Shown here: piece by piece, positions 18,549 to 29,824 of the stretch
Layout of the letters: each line of letters starts with the position of its first letter
Position numbering within the stretch: position 1 is the stretch's first letter
Notes under the pieces: model-generated
Database searches by the model: none
What the model was told of the DNA's origin: nothing
What the model saw: only the letters and a program-made list of their open reading frames with translations
Made by a program: the position numbers and the translations under genes
Assembly: GCA_020137815.1 (NCBI GenBank)
Contig: CM035358.1
Span: forward strand, 2,480,001 to 2,544,000
Direction: 5' to 3'
Source: Hormiphora californensis
Taxonomy: Eukaryota > Animalia > Ctenophora
Length of the DNA stretch: 64,000 nucleotides

Positions 18549-19984
18549 CTAATTGACATTGAGAAGGGAGCTAATCAGAGGATTCTTACTGCTCCCCTCA
18601 ACAAATTCAGATTTGCTGATGACACCATCCTCATTCTTATCCAGGGTCCTGAATATCTTCTCCACAATGACTTCTGGTGTCTCACTTTTGTTAGCTGAAA
18701 AGGAGTGAAGTGTCAATGTCAGGACTTGTCCCACCCCATACCTAGTGTCAGTGTTGGCCCTATTATCAGCTACTAGGTACTACTAGGTATACTGTAGTTT
18801 GTTCATACACAGTGTTCATACACAGTATCAGACAACTCAAGCTGCTGTATGTAAAATAAACAGTACGGCCCATTTCACACTGTATCATAACGTGATGGGG
18901 TGACTGACGGCAGATCGCCTCACTACCATCATGTTGTACCAAACTTGTCAACCTACTGACTGCAGTGTTGATTAATTGATTGACAACAACTTAAAAATAA
19001 ATTGAATAAACAGAGCAACAATAAAAATGATCTAAACAGTAAACCCTAAACACTACCTACCCATCATAGAGTGGATAGATCGGATAATGTTGAGACACTC
19101 ATCCTTACTAACATTCCCATTCCCATCCAGGTCGTACAGATTGAAGGCCCAGTTCAGCTTCTGTTTCACGTTACCTGGGATAGAAAACATATTTAGAAAA
19201 ACAAATTCCTTACACGCAAATAGTGATATTTAGAATTTAAGAAACAAAGTGGGCAAATAAAACCACAACAGCCAGAAGAAAGAGAAACATACACAATAAT
19301 TGTAACTGGTACTTGTAAATACTAATTCTCCCCTTCTATCTGAGGAGTGAGCGAGTCAATTTACTATTTGTGATATACTTATTCTACTTCCGTATACGCT
19401 GCAATTTACCTCTACTTGTGATATAAAGTGCACAGATAAATTCCTTGAAATCGACACCCCCATCTCCGTTCCTGTCGAAACTTTTGAAGGTTAGAGTAGC
19501 AAAAGATTTGGCGTCTCCCTTTGAGAAAATCTGCTGGTACATGTCCACGAATTCTTCTTCAGTCATACGTCCTGAAAATACTCATACTACTTTAGTATCA
19601 AATGAAAGCTCTCACCCAAATAATATCTTGAGTAACGCGGTGTACCCTCTCATTTGTTATGTTCTAACCCTCCCTTTACATTTGTAAAGGTGCGGGGCGC
19701 CCGAAACACAGTCTAGCCAGGCAACCCTCTCATATCGCCCCCACCTAAAGTAGACATAGTACGCCCGAATTCGCGAGGGAGTACTGTACATGAGGGAGAG
19801 AAAAGAAGGGATCTCATACCCAAAATAATATATCCCACTCAAAACAATTCTTGATCTACTTACCTGAGGGATGGTACTTGAGGAATTCGTGGTATTTTTG
19901 CTGTAACTCTTGCTCTGTGAAGTTAGTTATCTCTGTAAGGCTTGCCAGCACCTCCGGCCGTAATTTGGAACCTGCTTTTCCCAT
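18549..19984 (-). CDS. Neuronal calcium sensor family protein (neurocalcin/hippocalcin-like)
   Basis: Exons 19984-19864, 19571-19410, 19174-19061, 18694-18549; myristoylation-type MGKAGSKL start; EF-hands [36 protein letters not shown]; [10 protein letters not shown] motif. Confidence 0.92.
19654..19724 (+). mobile_element. ~70-bp TTG...GGCAA micro-element
   Basis: TSD CCCTCTCAT; related copies with their own TSDs at 42383-42443, 46011-46087, 61415-61484. Confidence 0.75.
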
Positions 19985-20663
19985 CCTATATCCAATGGTA
20001 TAAATTAATTGTTGAGTTGTCCAGCTTGATATGAGTCTCATAATAATAATAATTCTGTCACAATTATATATGGACAATTGAGACTCGTTGGGTCTCACGG
20101 CGAGTCTCAATTGTCCATATCACATATAATTACAACAAATTTATCGGTACAAATATTGCATATTAAAGATAAATGAAACATTCAAGAAATCATTGTGTGA
20201 AAGATGATGAGAATCTCCATAAATCAAACAAATCTCCCATATCATATGAACCTGTAATAAAATTTCCGTGCGGATTTCATTTCGGTAGAACCAGCTGTAG
20301 AAATATCGAATATCAATACCCGATATATCTAATTTCCAGCTACTAGAGTGAAACTCGAAACGATATCTAATAAAAATACTCCTTCAGTGGTTATGGATAA
20401 CAATGCTGAGGATTGTCAACACTGCAAATTGCAATAATCTTTCTTGGACGGTTCACGGTGATTGGAATTGAGACCAGTACCCGGATAACCCTCGCCTTGT
20501 TTGAACAAAACAAGATAACCCACTAGTGAAAGATTAAAAAACCCAGAACTGTAATTCTGAAAAACAAAACGAATCTTAGATTGGGTACTCAATGGACGTG
20601 TAACCCAGAGGTTTTCCGTTGTCGGATGTCGCCAGATAAATTTAAATTTTCTTCGCTATTTAA

Positions 20664-20814
20664 AGTCGGATTTTTTGAAGTTGTCACCCCAAAATGACCG
20701 CGCATGTGAAATTTATCAATTTAGACGCGCACACCACACGTTAACATGTGATGTGACGTATAAAAACATTCTGCGCAGGAAAAGGGGGGGGTGACAACTT
20801 CAAAAAATCCGACT
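20664..20814. mobile_element. MITE with TTAA flanks (Kolobok-like)
   Basis: 27-bp TIR AGTCGGATTTTTTGAAGTTGTCACCCC with TTAA on both sides; relatives at ~44463-44690, ~57130, ~62497. Confidence 0.7.
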
Positions 20815-21560
20815 TTAATCCTGATCAGATCTCATTGGGGAATATGAAAGTGTCTAGAAAACTTAACAGTTTACGAGAATGAATTTCCCATGCGTCTACT
20901 GAGTCCACACTCCACACACCACAGAGTGCAAAATTTTTCCCAGAACCGAAACTTGGCATACGTTGCAGGCCCCTTATAATATAATATAAGGGGCCTGGAG
21001 GGAATACCGCGCTGGGGGGGGAATACATAATCAATCATATCTCCGGTTCCAGATAAGGTACAGAAATCGTTTTGGTAGCGTTGGAAAGAGGAAGATAACA
21101 GCTTTCAAATGCAACCGGTTTCAGGTCTCTATCTTATCAGGAACAGGAGATATGAACCAAACTCCGCAAAATCGAGTGCGGTAAAATAAAAAATTCGAGA
21201 TTTTAATTCAAATTTGAAACAAAAGTGTCCCTGCAGGGACCTGTGACGTCACTTTTTGAAAACAACCCATCTTTGAACGGTTATTGCTCAGCCTCCTGAA
21301 GTCCAATTAACTCCTCTCAAAAACAGCAAGGTAGATAATTGTCAGATCTAACAGCTAGTGAAAGAATCAAGTCAAACGGACTTCAGGGGCCAAAGTTATA
21401 AGCACCGCCGTTTTTTCGCTCGCAAAGTTATTTTCGACCCAGCCAGGCCCGTCCTGAGCTCAGGCCAAACGCGCGCGCGGCATTCCCTCCAGTCCCCTCG
21501 TTGCGGGGGTGCGCGCATGAGGGGGCTGCAGCGCATTCCAAAACCGAAACCAGTTTCTGA

Positions 21561-22430
21561 GGTAAGTCGGAAGAACCTGTCCGTTCCTCTCATGAGCGCT
21601 CATGAGTGTATCATGAGTGTGTCATGAGTGTATCATGAGTGTATCATGAGCGCTCATGAGACGTTTTTAGGTGTTTCAACGTCTCATGAGCGCTCATGAG
21701 TGTATCATGAGTGTGTCATGAGTGTATCATGAGCGCTCATGAGTGCTCATGAGACCTTGCTCATGAGCGCTCATGAGACATATGTCTCATCCCATCTCTG
21801 TTTCAATGTCTCATGAGCGCTCATGAGACGTTTTGACCTACATGTGCTCATGAGTGTATCATGAGACATGTCTCATGAGACATATGTCTCATGAGACGTT
21901 AGGGTTATGGTTATGGTTGGGTTTAGGGTTGGGCTAGGGTTAGGGCTTTCCTTTAGGTCTAGGGACCCGTAGAGGGTAGGGCTAGGTCCAAGCCTATGGG
22001 TCAACCCTAACCCTATCCCTACGGGTCCCTAGACCTAAAGGATAACCCTAACCCTAGCCCAACCGTAAACCCAACCCTAACCCTAACCCTAACGTCTCAT
22101 GAGACATATGTCTCATGAGACATGTCTCATGATACACTCATGAGCACATGTAGGTCAAAACGTCTCATGAGCGCTCATGAGACATTGAAACAGAGATGGG
22201 ATGAGACATATGTCTCATGAGCGCTCATGAGCAAGGTCTCATGAGCACTCATGAGCGCTCATGATACACTCATGACACACTCATGATACACTCATGAGCG
22301 CTCATGAGACGTTGAAACACCTAAAAACGTCTCATGAGCGCTCATGATACACTCATGATACACTCATGACACACTCATGATACACTCATGAGCGCTCATG
22401 AGAGGAACGGACAGGTTCTTCCGACTTACC
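21561..22430. mobile_element. 870-bp TCATGA foldback transposon, copy 2
   Basis: Near-identical to 16722-17592 with a different 8-bp TSD GTTTCTGA (21553-21560, 22431-22438). Confidence 0.92.
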
Positions 22431-23130
22431 GTTTCTGAAAACAGCACCGAATTTTGAAAACAGCACGCGAAATCCAAACCAGCACGCGCGCTAAAAATCA
22501 AGATTTTTTGCGTCGCGCACCACTTGCAGCGAAGTCTCAAAAAGCCCACCCAAAAGGTCTGACACTGTTCAGTGGAACAAAAAAAGACCGTTTCAGTTTA
22601 TAGAAATACCAATACAAATGAAAATAAAACTGTAACACTAACAGCAATATCTTAGACACACTTTGTTGACAATGATAATCGTTTATACACACAAAACACA
22701 AGTTATATTTCTAGGTTCTACGACGTAGAATCTACGTGCAAATACAAATTGTACAAAATTGTAATGTAGGGCGACTGGGCGATTGTATTACAATCGCCCT
22801 CCATTACAAGTTAACTGTAAAGCATTTTCTAGCTCAAGTACACACCTTACACAAATATCTACTGCATATCATAACATCACTATCGGCTATAATGGCCTAC
22901 TATAATAACCGCTAAAAGAACACTCCGAAATCCCAATACACCAGTTTTTGTACAATCGAGTCTACCCGATCTTTCATTATCGTCATCACCAGGCCCCAAC
23001 ACACAAATACCAAAAGATATATTAACCTGGCAGTTATACTCAGGTAAATCCATTTGAGGACGGTCCTGCTAGAAGGGCTTCGTCACAACCTGGAGAAGGG
23101 AGGGTGTGTGAATAATAAAAACAGATTAGA

Positions 23131-24287
23131 CACGGTGCACCAGAAGGATCGTCAACCCAAAGTTGAGCCCACAAAACAAACTTTTGTTGGGGGTGACCCA
23201 GGAGGCCTTCCTGAACATCCCCACGGTGAGAAAAGTATATGTTATCGGGGGAAATTTTTGTCAAAATCGAAAAAACTGGTTTTTGGTCCAAATTTGTGCA
23301 TAACTTACTTGACTGCCGTTTGATGAAATATCTGATTGACATAAAATAAGTATACAAGACCTATTTTTGCACGAGGAATCGATTGCCGGTGGAGAGAAAT
23401 CTCTAAAATGACCGGAAAATTGTCAAATATGGGAATTTTGTCATTTTTTTGAGGTTTTTGGCCATTTAACCATTGAAAACGTTGAGATAGGAAGTTGGCA
23501 ATAGCGCCAATCGTTAAAATGGTCATTTTTCTACGGGATCCCAAAATTTCATGTATATCCGATTCATGGTTAGATTTTGGCAAACTATTGAGATGTGCTT
23601 ACTGAAAAAAGGATAACTTGATTTTCTCGTTTTTTGCGATTTTTTAACTTTTGAAAATCACTGATCTGTCATTGGATTTGCATGAAATCTTGGATTTTGG
23701 TCGAAAATTGTCCCATAAACAACTTTAGCATGGCCCTGATTGGCCATTTCAATCAGAATTCTTTCAAAAGTTAAAAAATCGCAAAAAACGAGAAAATCAA
23801 GTTATCCTTTTTTCAGTAAGCACATCTCAATAGTTTGCCAAAATCTAACCATGAATCGGATATACATGAAATTTTGGGATCCCGTAGAAAAATGACCATT
23901 TTAACGATTGGCGCTATTGCCAACTTCCTATCTCAACGTTTTCAATGGTTAAATGGCCAAAAACCTCAAAAAAATGACAAAATTCCCATATTTGACAATT
24001 TTCCGGTCATTTTAGAGATTTCTCTCCACCGGCAATCGATTCCTCGTGCAAAAATAGGTCTTGTATACTTATTTTATGTCAATCAGATATTTCATCAAAC
24101 GGCAGTCAAGTAAGTTATGCACAAATTTGGACCAAAAACCAGTTTTTTCGATTTTGACAAAAATTTCCCCCGATAACATATACTTTTCTCACCGTGGGGA
24201 TGTTCAGGAAGGCCTCCTGGGTCACCCCCAACAAAAGTTTGTTTTGTGGGCTCAACTTTGGGTTGACGATCCTTCTGGTGCACCGTG
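23131..24287. mobile_element. 1157-bp foldback element, Chapaev-like
   Basis: 526-bp inverted arms 23131-23656 and 23762-24287, 105-bp spacer, CACGGTG termini, 4-bp TSD TAGA. Confidence 0.85.
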
Positions 24288-24514
24288 TAGAGACTCAGAA
24301 AATGTGAAACAATTTAAAGATGCTTGTTGTACAACGCGGCCACGGACAGTACTTCACGTTGCACTGACATATTAAAAACGACATGAAAGGCTAAAGCGAG
24401 CTGTTTTTCAAAGGGATTTCAGTGGGGGTGTGAAGGAGAGTGAGTGAGTGTGGTGCTCAAACCCAGAAAAACAGAGAGAAAGAGAGCGCTAAACAGATAT
24501 GTATCCCAGGGGTG

Positions 24515-27500
24515 TCACTGCTCATAAGGTCGGGTGGGTCTGTTACCGGGTGACTCTTCTGTGAAGTTGTAGCTCTCCGCTAGGGTCTGCCGCTTACGGT
24601 GCCGGATCTCGTTCTGCAGGAGTGGGGGAGGAACGTCAAATAAAATAGAGATTCGTTGTTACTGGTTCTAGGATTTGTACTGTCTGGCGCCGCCGACCGG
24701 ATCTGAGCGTGAGGATCAAAACGGCCGCCAGACATGATTTATAGTGCCTAAATCTAGTATACCGCCACCTACCCAAATACTGCTGGGTTTGATTTGTTGT
24801 CGCATGTCAGGGGAGCACGAGTAGAGAAGAGTGTTAGCAGCACCTAGAGAGGGGAGGAGAGGTACTGTTAGATTGCCACAGCCAGCAAAGGATCGAAAAG
24901 AAGAGCATAATACCGACTGTTCATGTCAAAAAGAAATAGATAATTTCAGAAATTAGTTACCTAGCATAGGTGCAGTGATACTGGTAATAAGAATCAGTGG
25001 GAATGATGTATCCGATTTGAAGGCCATCTGCACCCTGAAACAAGAGATAATTTAACACATTCTGTTTTGTTCATACTTGCTCGAAGATTGGCCCAATAAA
25101 ACTAAAGTTTAAGACTTTAATCCCAAGATTTGACAAGCCCCATGTCTGTTAAATTGAATTTCTTGATTATTCAGAATAAAGAGATCTGAGCAAGAATTAA
25201 ATAGGGAAGAAAATCGAAAAATACGAAAAATACTGGGTTCGACCGGGAATTGAACCAGGGACCTCCAGAGAGACGCGCTCGATGCTCTACCACTGAGCTA
25301 CCGAACCCCTGTACAGATCGCATTTCTTCACACTATATTCAAGCACATGCCCTTAGCTAGACACCATGTGATAGAGGAAGTAATTTTGATATCTCCTTCT
25401 GGTGCTGATACACACTCACACGCCCTCCGTACAACGGTTATATAGGGGAAACTCACACACACACGGGCAGATCTCGGTCAAGGAGAGATTAATTGATTAT
25501 TCAGAATAAAGAGATCTGAGCAAGAATTAAATAGGGAAGAAAATCGAAAAATACTGGGTTCGACCGGGAATTGAACCAGGGACCTCCAGAGAGACGCGCT
25601 CGATGCTCTACCACTGAGCTACCGAACCCCTGTACAGATCGCATTTCTTCACACTATATTCAAGCACATGCCCTTAGCTAGACACCATGTGATAGAGGAA
25701 GTAATTTTGATATCTCCTTCTGGTGCTGATACACACTCACACGCCCTCCGTACAACGGTTATATAGGGGAAACTCACACACACACGGGCAGATCTCGGTC
25801 AAGGAGAGATTAATTGATTATTCAGAATAAAGAGATCTGAGCAAGAATTAAATAGGGAAGAAAATCGAAAAATACTGGGTTCGACCGGGAATTGAACCAG
25901 GGACCTCCAGAGAGACGCGCTCGATGCTCTACCACTGAGCTACCGAACCCCTGTACAGATCGCATTTCTTCACACTATATTCAAGCACATGCCCTTAGCT
26001 AGACACCATGTGATAGAGGAAGTAATTTTGATATCTCCTTCTGGTGCTGATACACACTCACACGCCCTCCGTACAACGGTTATATAGGGGAAACTCACAC
26101 ACACACGGGCAGATCTCGGTCAAGGAGAGATTAATTGATTATTCAGAATAAAGAGATCTGAGCAAGAATTAAATAGGGAAGAAAATCGAAAAATACTGGG
26201 TTCGACCGGGAATTGAACCAGGGACCTCCAGAGAGACGCGCTCGATGCTCTACCACTGAGCTACCGAACCCCTGTACAGATCGCATTTCTTCACACTATA
26301 TTCAAGCACATGCCCTTAGCTAGACACCATGTGATAGAGGAAGTAATTTTGATATCTCCTTCTGGTGCTGATACACACTCACACGCCCTCCGTACAACGG
26401 TTATATAGGGGAAATCTCACACACACACGGGCAGATCTCGGTCAAGGAGAGATTAATTGATTATTCAGAATAAAGAGATCTGAGCAAGAATTAAATAGGG
26501 AAGAAAATCGAAAAATACTGGGTTCGACCGGGAATTGAACCAGGGACCTCCAGAGAGACGCGCTCGATGCTCTACCACTGAGCTACCGAACCCCTGTACA
26601 GATCGCATTTCTTCACACTATATTCAAGCACATGCCCTTAGCTAGACACCATGTGATAGAGGAAGTAATGTGGGCATGTGCTTGAATATAGTGTGAAGAA
26701 ATGCGATCTGTACAGGGGTTCGGTAGCTCAGTGGTAGAGCATCGAGCGCGTCTCTCTGGAGGTCCCTGGTTCAATTCCCGGTCGAACCCAGTATTTTTCG
26801 ATTTTCTTCCCTATTTAATTCTTGCTCAGATCTCTTTATTCTGAATAATCAATTAATCTCTCCTTGACCGAGATCTGCCCGTGTGTGTGTGAGTTTCCCC
26901 TATATAACCGTTGTACGGAGGGCGTGTGAGTGTGTATCAGCACCAGAAGGAGATATCAAAATTACTTCCTCTATCACATGGTGTCTAGCTAAGGGCATGT
27001 GCTTGAATATAGTGTGAAGAAATGCGATCTGTACAGGGGTTCGGTAGCTCAGTGGTAGAGCATCGAGCGCGTCTCTCTGGAGGTCCCTGGTTCAATTCCC
27101 GGTCGAACCCAGTATTTTTCGATTTTCTTCCCTATTTAATTCTTGCTCAGATCTCTTTATTCTGAATAATCAATTAATCTCTCCTTGACCGAGATCTGCC
27201 CGTGTGTGTGTGAGTTTCCCCTATATAACCGTTGTACGGAGGGCGTGTGAGTGTGTATCAGCACCAGAAGGAGATATCAAAATTACTTCCTCTATCACAT
27301 GGTGTCTAGCTAAGGGCATGTGCTTGAATATAGTGTGAAGAAATGCGATCTGTACAGGGGTTCGGTAGCTCAGTGGTAGAGCATCGAGCGCGTCTCTCTG
27401 GAGGTCCCTGGTTCAATTCCCGGTCGAACCCAGTATTTTTCGATTTTCTTCCCTATTTAATTCTTGCTCAGATCTCTTTATTCTGAATAATCAATTAATC

Positions 27501-29685
27501 TCTCCTTGACCGAGATCTGCCCGTGTGTGTGTGAGTTTCCCCTATATAACCGTTGTACGGAGGGCGTGTGAGTGTGTATCAGCACCAGAAGGAGATATCA
27601 AAATTACTTCCTCTATCACATGGTGTCTAGCTAAGGGCATGTGCTTGAATATAGTGTGAAGAAATGCGATCTGTACAGGGGTTCGGTAGCTCAGTGGTAG
27701 AGCATCGAGCGCGTCTCTCTGGAGGTCCCTGGTTCAATTCCCGGTCGAACCCAGTATTTTTCGATTTTCTTCCCTATTTAATTCTTGCTCAGATCTCTTT
27801 ATTCTGAATAATCAATTAATCTCTCCTTGACCGAGATCTGCCCGTGTGTGTGTGAGTTTCCCCTATATAACCGTTGTACGGAGGGCGTGTGAGTGTGTAT
27901 CAGCACCAGAAGGAGATATCAAAATTACTTCCTCTATCACATGGTGTCTAGCTAAGGGCATGTGCTTGAATATAGTGTGAAGAAATGCGATCTGTACAGG
28001 GGTTCGGTAGCTCAGTGGTAGAGCATCGAGCGCGTCTCTCTGGAGGTCCCTGGTTCAATTCCCGGTCGAACCCAGTATTTTTCGATTTTCTTCCCTATTT
28101 AATTCTTGCTCAGATCTCTTTATTCTGAATAATCAATTAATCTCTCCTTGACCGAGATCTGCCCGTGTGTGTGTGAGTTTCCCCTATATAACCGTTGTAC
28201 GGAGGGCGTGTGAGTGTGTATCAGCACCAGAAGGAGATATCAAAATTACTTCCTGAATTTCTTGAAGTTAACTTACCTTGCCACCAGTGGAACAATAGAT
28301 AGAAGTACAAATACGAGAGGGTAGGTGAACAGAATCCTAACTTCCCGCCATTTTGCCGTCTTAGTATTCTCTTGTTCCGGATTGTATGTCTCATATGACC
28401 TGTTCTGAGAGGAGGGAGAACATCTTAAACTGAGTAGTTATTGAGTCAAAAGTCAGAACGCAAAAGGTATGAAAGGGATGACATTGCCAATCGGGCCGGG
28501 CATCTTATTGCCAAAGTTGGTTTGGTGTGCGCGTCTGACTTTACTGGATAGTCGCCGCGCGTTACGTAAAGTATAACGACTGTAACTCCGACACACGCCG
28601 CAGTGGAGTTGTACACAACGTCATGGTCAACATTATTTGCAATTTGGGTGTGTGGTTATGTGTTTGTTTACTCATGATCTCTCTCACCCTCCTCTCTCCA
28701 ATTCAAAAGTAAGTATCTCTCCCTCTCTCTCCAATTCAAAAGTAAGTATCTCTCTCACCTGTCTCTTGATGTAGACTCGCAGATAAATAAGAAGGCCACT
28801 TAGCCCCAGGACAATCACAAGGACAGGGCCGTACCAGACGAGAAATCGAAGGACGTTTTCCATCGTCTTTTCACCCTTTATCCAACTGGAAAATGGGGTG
28901 ATGATTGATGATCTAATCTGACAACGTCATAATTTTGATAGATCAGATAGATCTACCTAACTCTGACTTAGTGGCTTACTGTGAGTAATGATAAACCCGA
29001 AAAATACCCCCCCCCCCCCCCCATTTTATGGTACTTACCACCAAGGACCAGAGTGCCCGTAGGCATCCCAAATAAAGGGAATACCAGCCAGAAGGGCGGG
29101 GATAAACCAACAAATCAGGTGGAATAATGATTCTGAGGATTCGTAACTCATCTCCTCCTTTATCAGTCGATATCCATTAGCGGTTATTACTGATACCCAT
29201 GCTACACACGTCCAGTCAAAATACGTCATTAGGTAGCCCTGCAGGAGTGGGGAATGAGGGAAAGTCAGGAGGAGCAACATATCAAGAAGTGCTTTTACAA
29301 TTTACACGACGGACGAATCGGAAATCTAAAGATGAGATATTATTACTTTGTATTGAATAATACCTGAGCTTTGCACCCGAATTCGTGGTCCACAGTCCCC
29401 ATCATGTAGGGTATGGTGTCTGCCAGGGCAGCGATGGAGAGATAGAGGATGAGACGCTGCGAGAAGAACATGTATTTCTTGTACAGCCATATAAGGAATA
29501 TCATGAAGAGAGAGAAAGTGAAGGAGAGGGAGCCAAAAAATACCCTGATGATATTCAGTGTCTCCTGAAAATTTAGGAGAGAGGTTAGATTCTGGTCGAA
29601 CTGTTTGTGTCTGGGGCGAGTCAATACTTACGCATCTAGAATCACTGGATGAGCCAGCACATTTAGTTAACCAGTCTCCACCCAT
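24515..29685 (-). CDS. 7TM receptor, cAMP-receptor-like/GPR157-like
   Basis: Spliced exons give SQRLILYLSIAAL, CKAQGYLMTYFDW, DAYGHSGPWCWIK, LRFLVWYGPV, LFTYPLVF, GAANTLLY and seven hydrophobic segments; stop at 24515-24517. Confidence 0.85.
25235..25307 (-). tRNA. tRNA-like unit 1 (aberrant anticodon arm; probably non-decoding)
   Basis: A box TAGCTCAGTGG, B box GGTTCAATTCC, acceptor stem GGTTCGG/TCGAACC, T5 just downstream. Confidence 0.6.
25556..25628 (-). tRNA. tRNA-like unit 2
   Basis: Identical to unit 1. Confidence 0.6.
25877..25949 (-). tRNA. tRNA-like unit 3
   Basis: Identical to unit 1. Confidence 0.6.
26198..26270 (-). tRNA. tRNA-like unit 4
   Basis: Identical to unit 1. Confidence 0.6.
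26520..26592 (-). tRNA. tRNA-like unit 5
   Basis: Identical to unit 1. Confidence 0.6.
26717..26789 (+). tRNA. tRNA-like unit 6
   Basis: Same sequence, opposite strand. Confidence 0.6.
27038..27110 (+). tRNA. tRNA-like unit 7
   Basis: Same sequence, opposite strand. Confidence 0.6.
27359..27431 (+). tRNA. tRNA-like unit 8
   Basis: Same sequence, opposite strand. Confidence 0.6.
27680..27752 (+). tRNA. tRNA-like unit 9
   Basis: Same sequence, opposite strand. Confidence 0.6.
28001..28073 (+). tRNA. tRNA-like unit 10
   Basis: Same sequence, opposite strand. Confidence 0.6.
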
Positions 29686-29824
29686 TGTACTAGCTAATTA
29701 GAATTGTGGGGTTAAGTGTGTGAGACAGAGTGTAGACAAAACAAGGTCGTTAAAATAACGATAAGCATATATTCTAAAACCAAGATAAATTAAAACTTTA
29801 TAACTTAATTCAAACAACACAGTT

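Larger units (their letters stand above)
25167..28253. mobile_element. Inverted tandem array of ten 321-bp tRNA-like units inserted as one element
   Basis: 5 units reverse + 5 forward around a 34-bp spacer (26638-26671); direct repeat TGAATTTCTTGA at 25155-25166 and 28254-28265; inside a GPCR intron. Confidence 0.88.

Noticed and set aside
23131-23180. RAG-type recombination signal
   Set aside because: Heptamer-like CACGGTG has no nonamer at 12 or 23 bp, and the TSD is 4 bp rather than the 5 bp of Transib/RAG transposons.
25167-25490. Hammerhead or HDV ribozyme in the unit
   Set aside because: No CTGANGA...GAAA core or HDV pairing found by eye on either strand; CTGATAC and CTGAGCA are only near matches. 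A covariance-model search is still needed.
25167-28253. CRISPR array, or a functional tRNA-Thr(CGT) cluster
   Set aside because: Units are identical with no variable spacers and the context is eukaryotic; the anticodon loop lacks U33 and purine 37.
16722-28253. Palindromes as fold-back read or amplification artefacts
   Set aside because: Each has unique flanks and a TSD, one family occurs twice with different TSDs, and host exons remain collinear.
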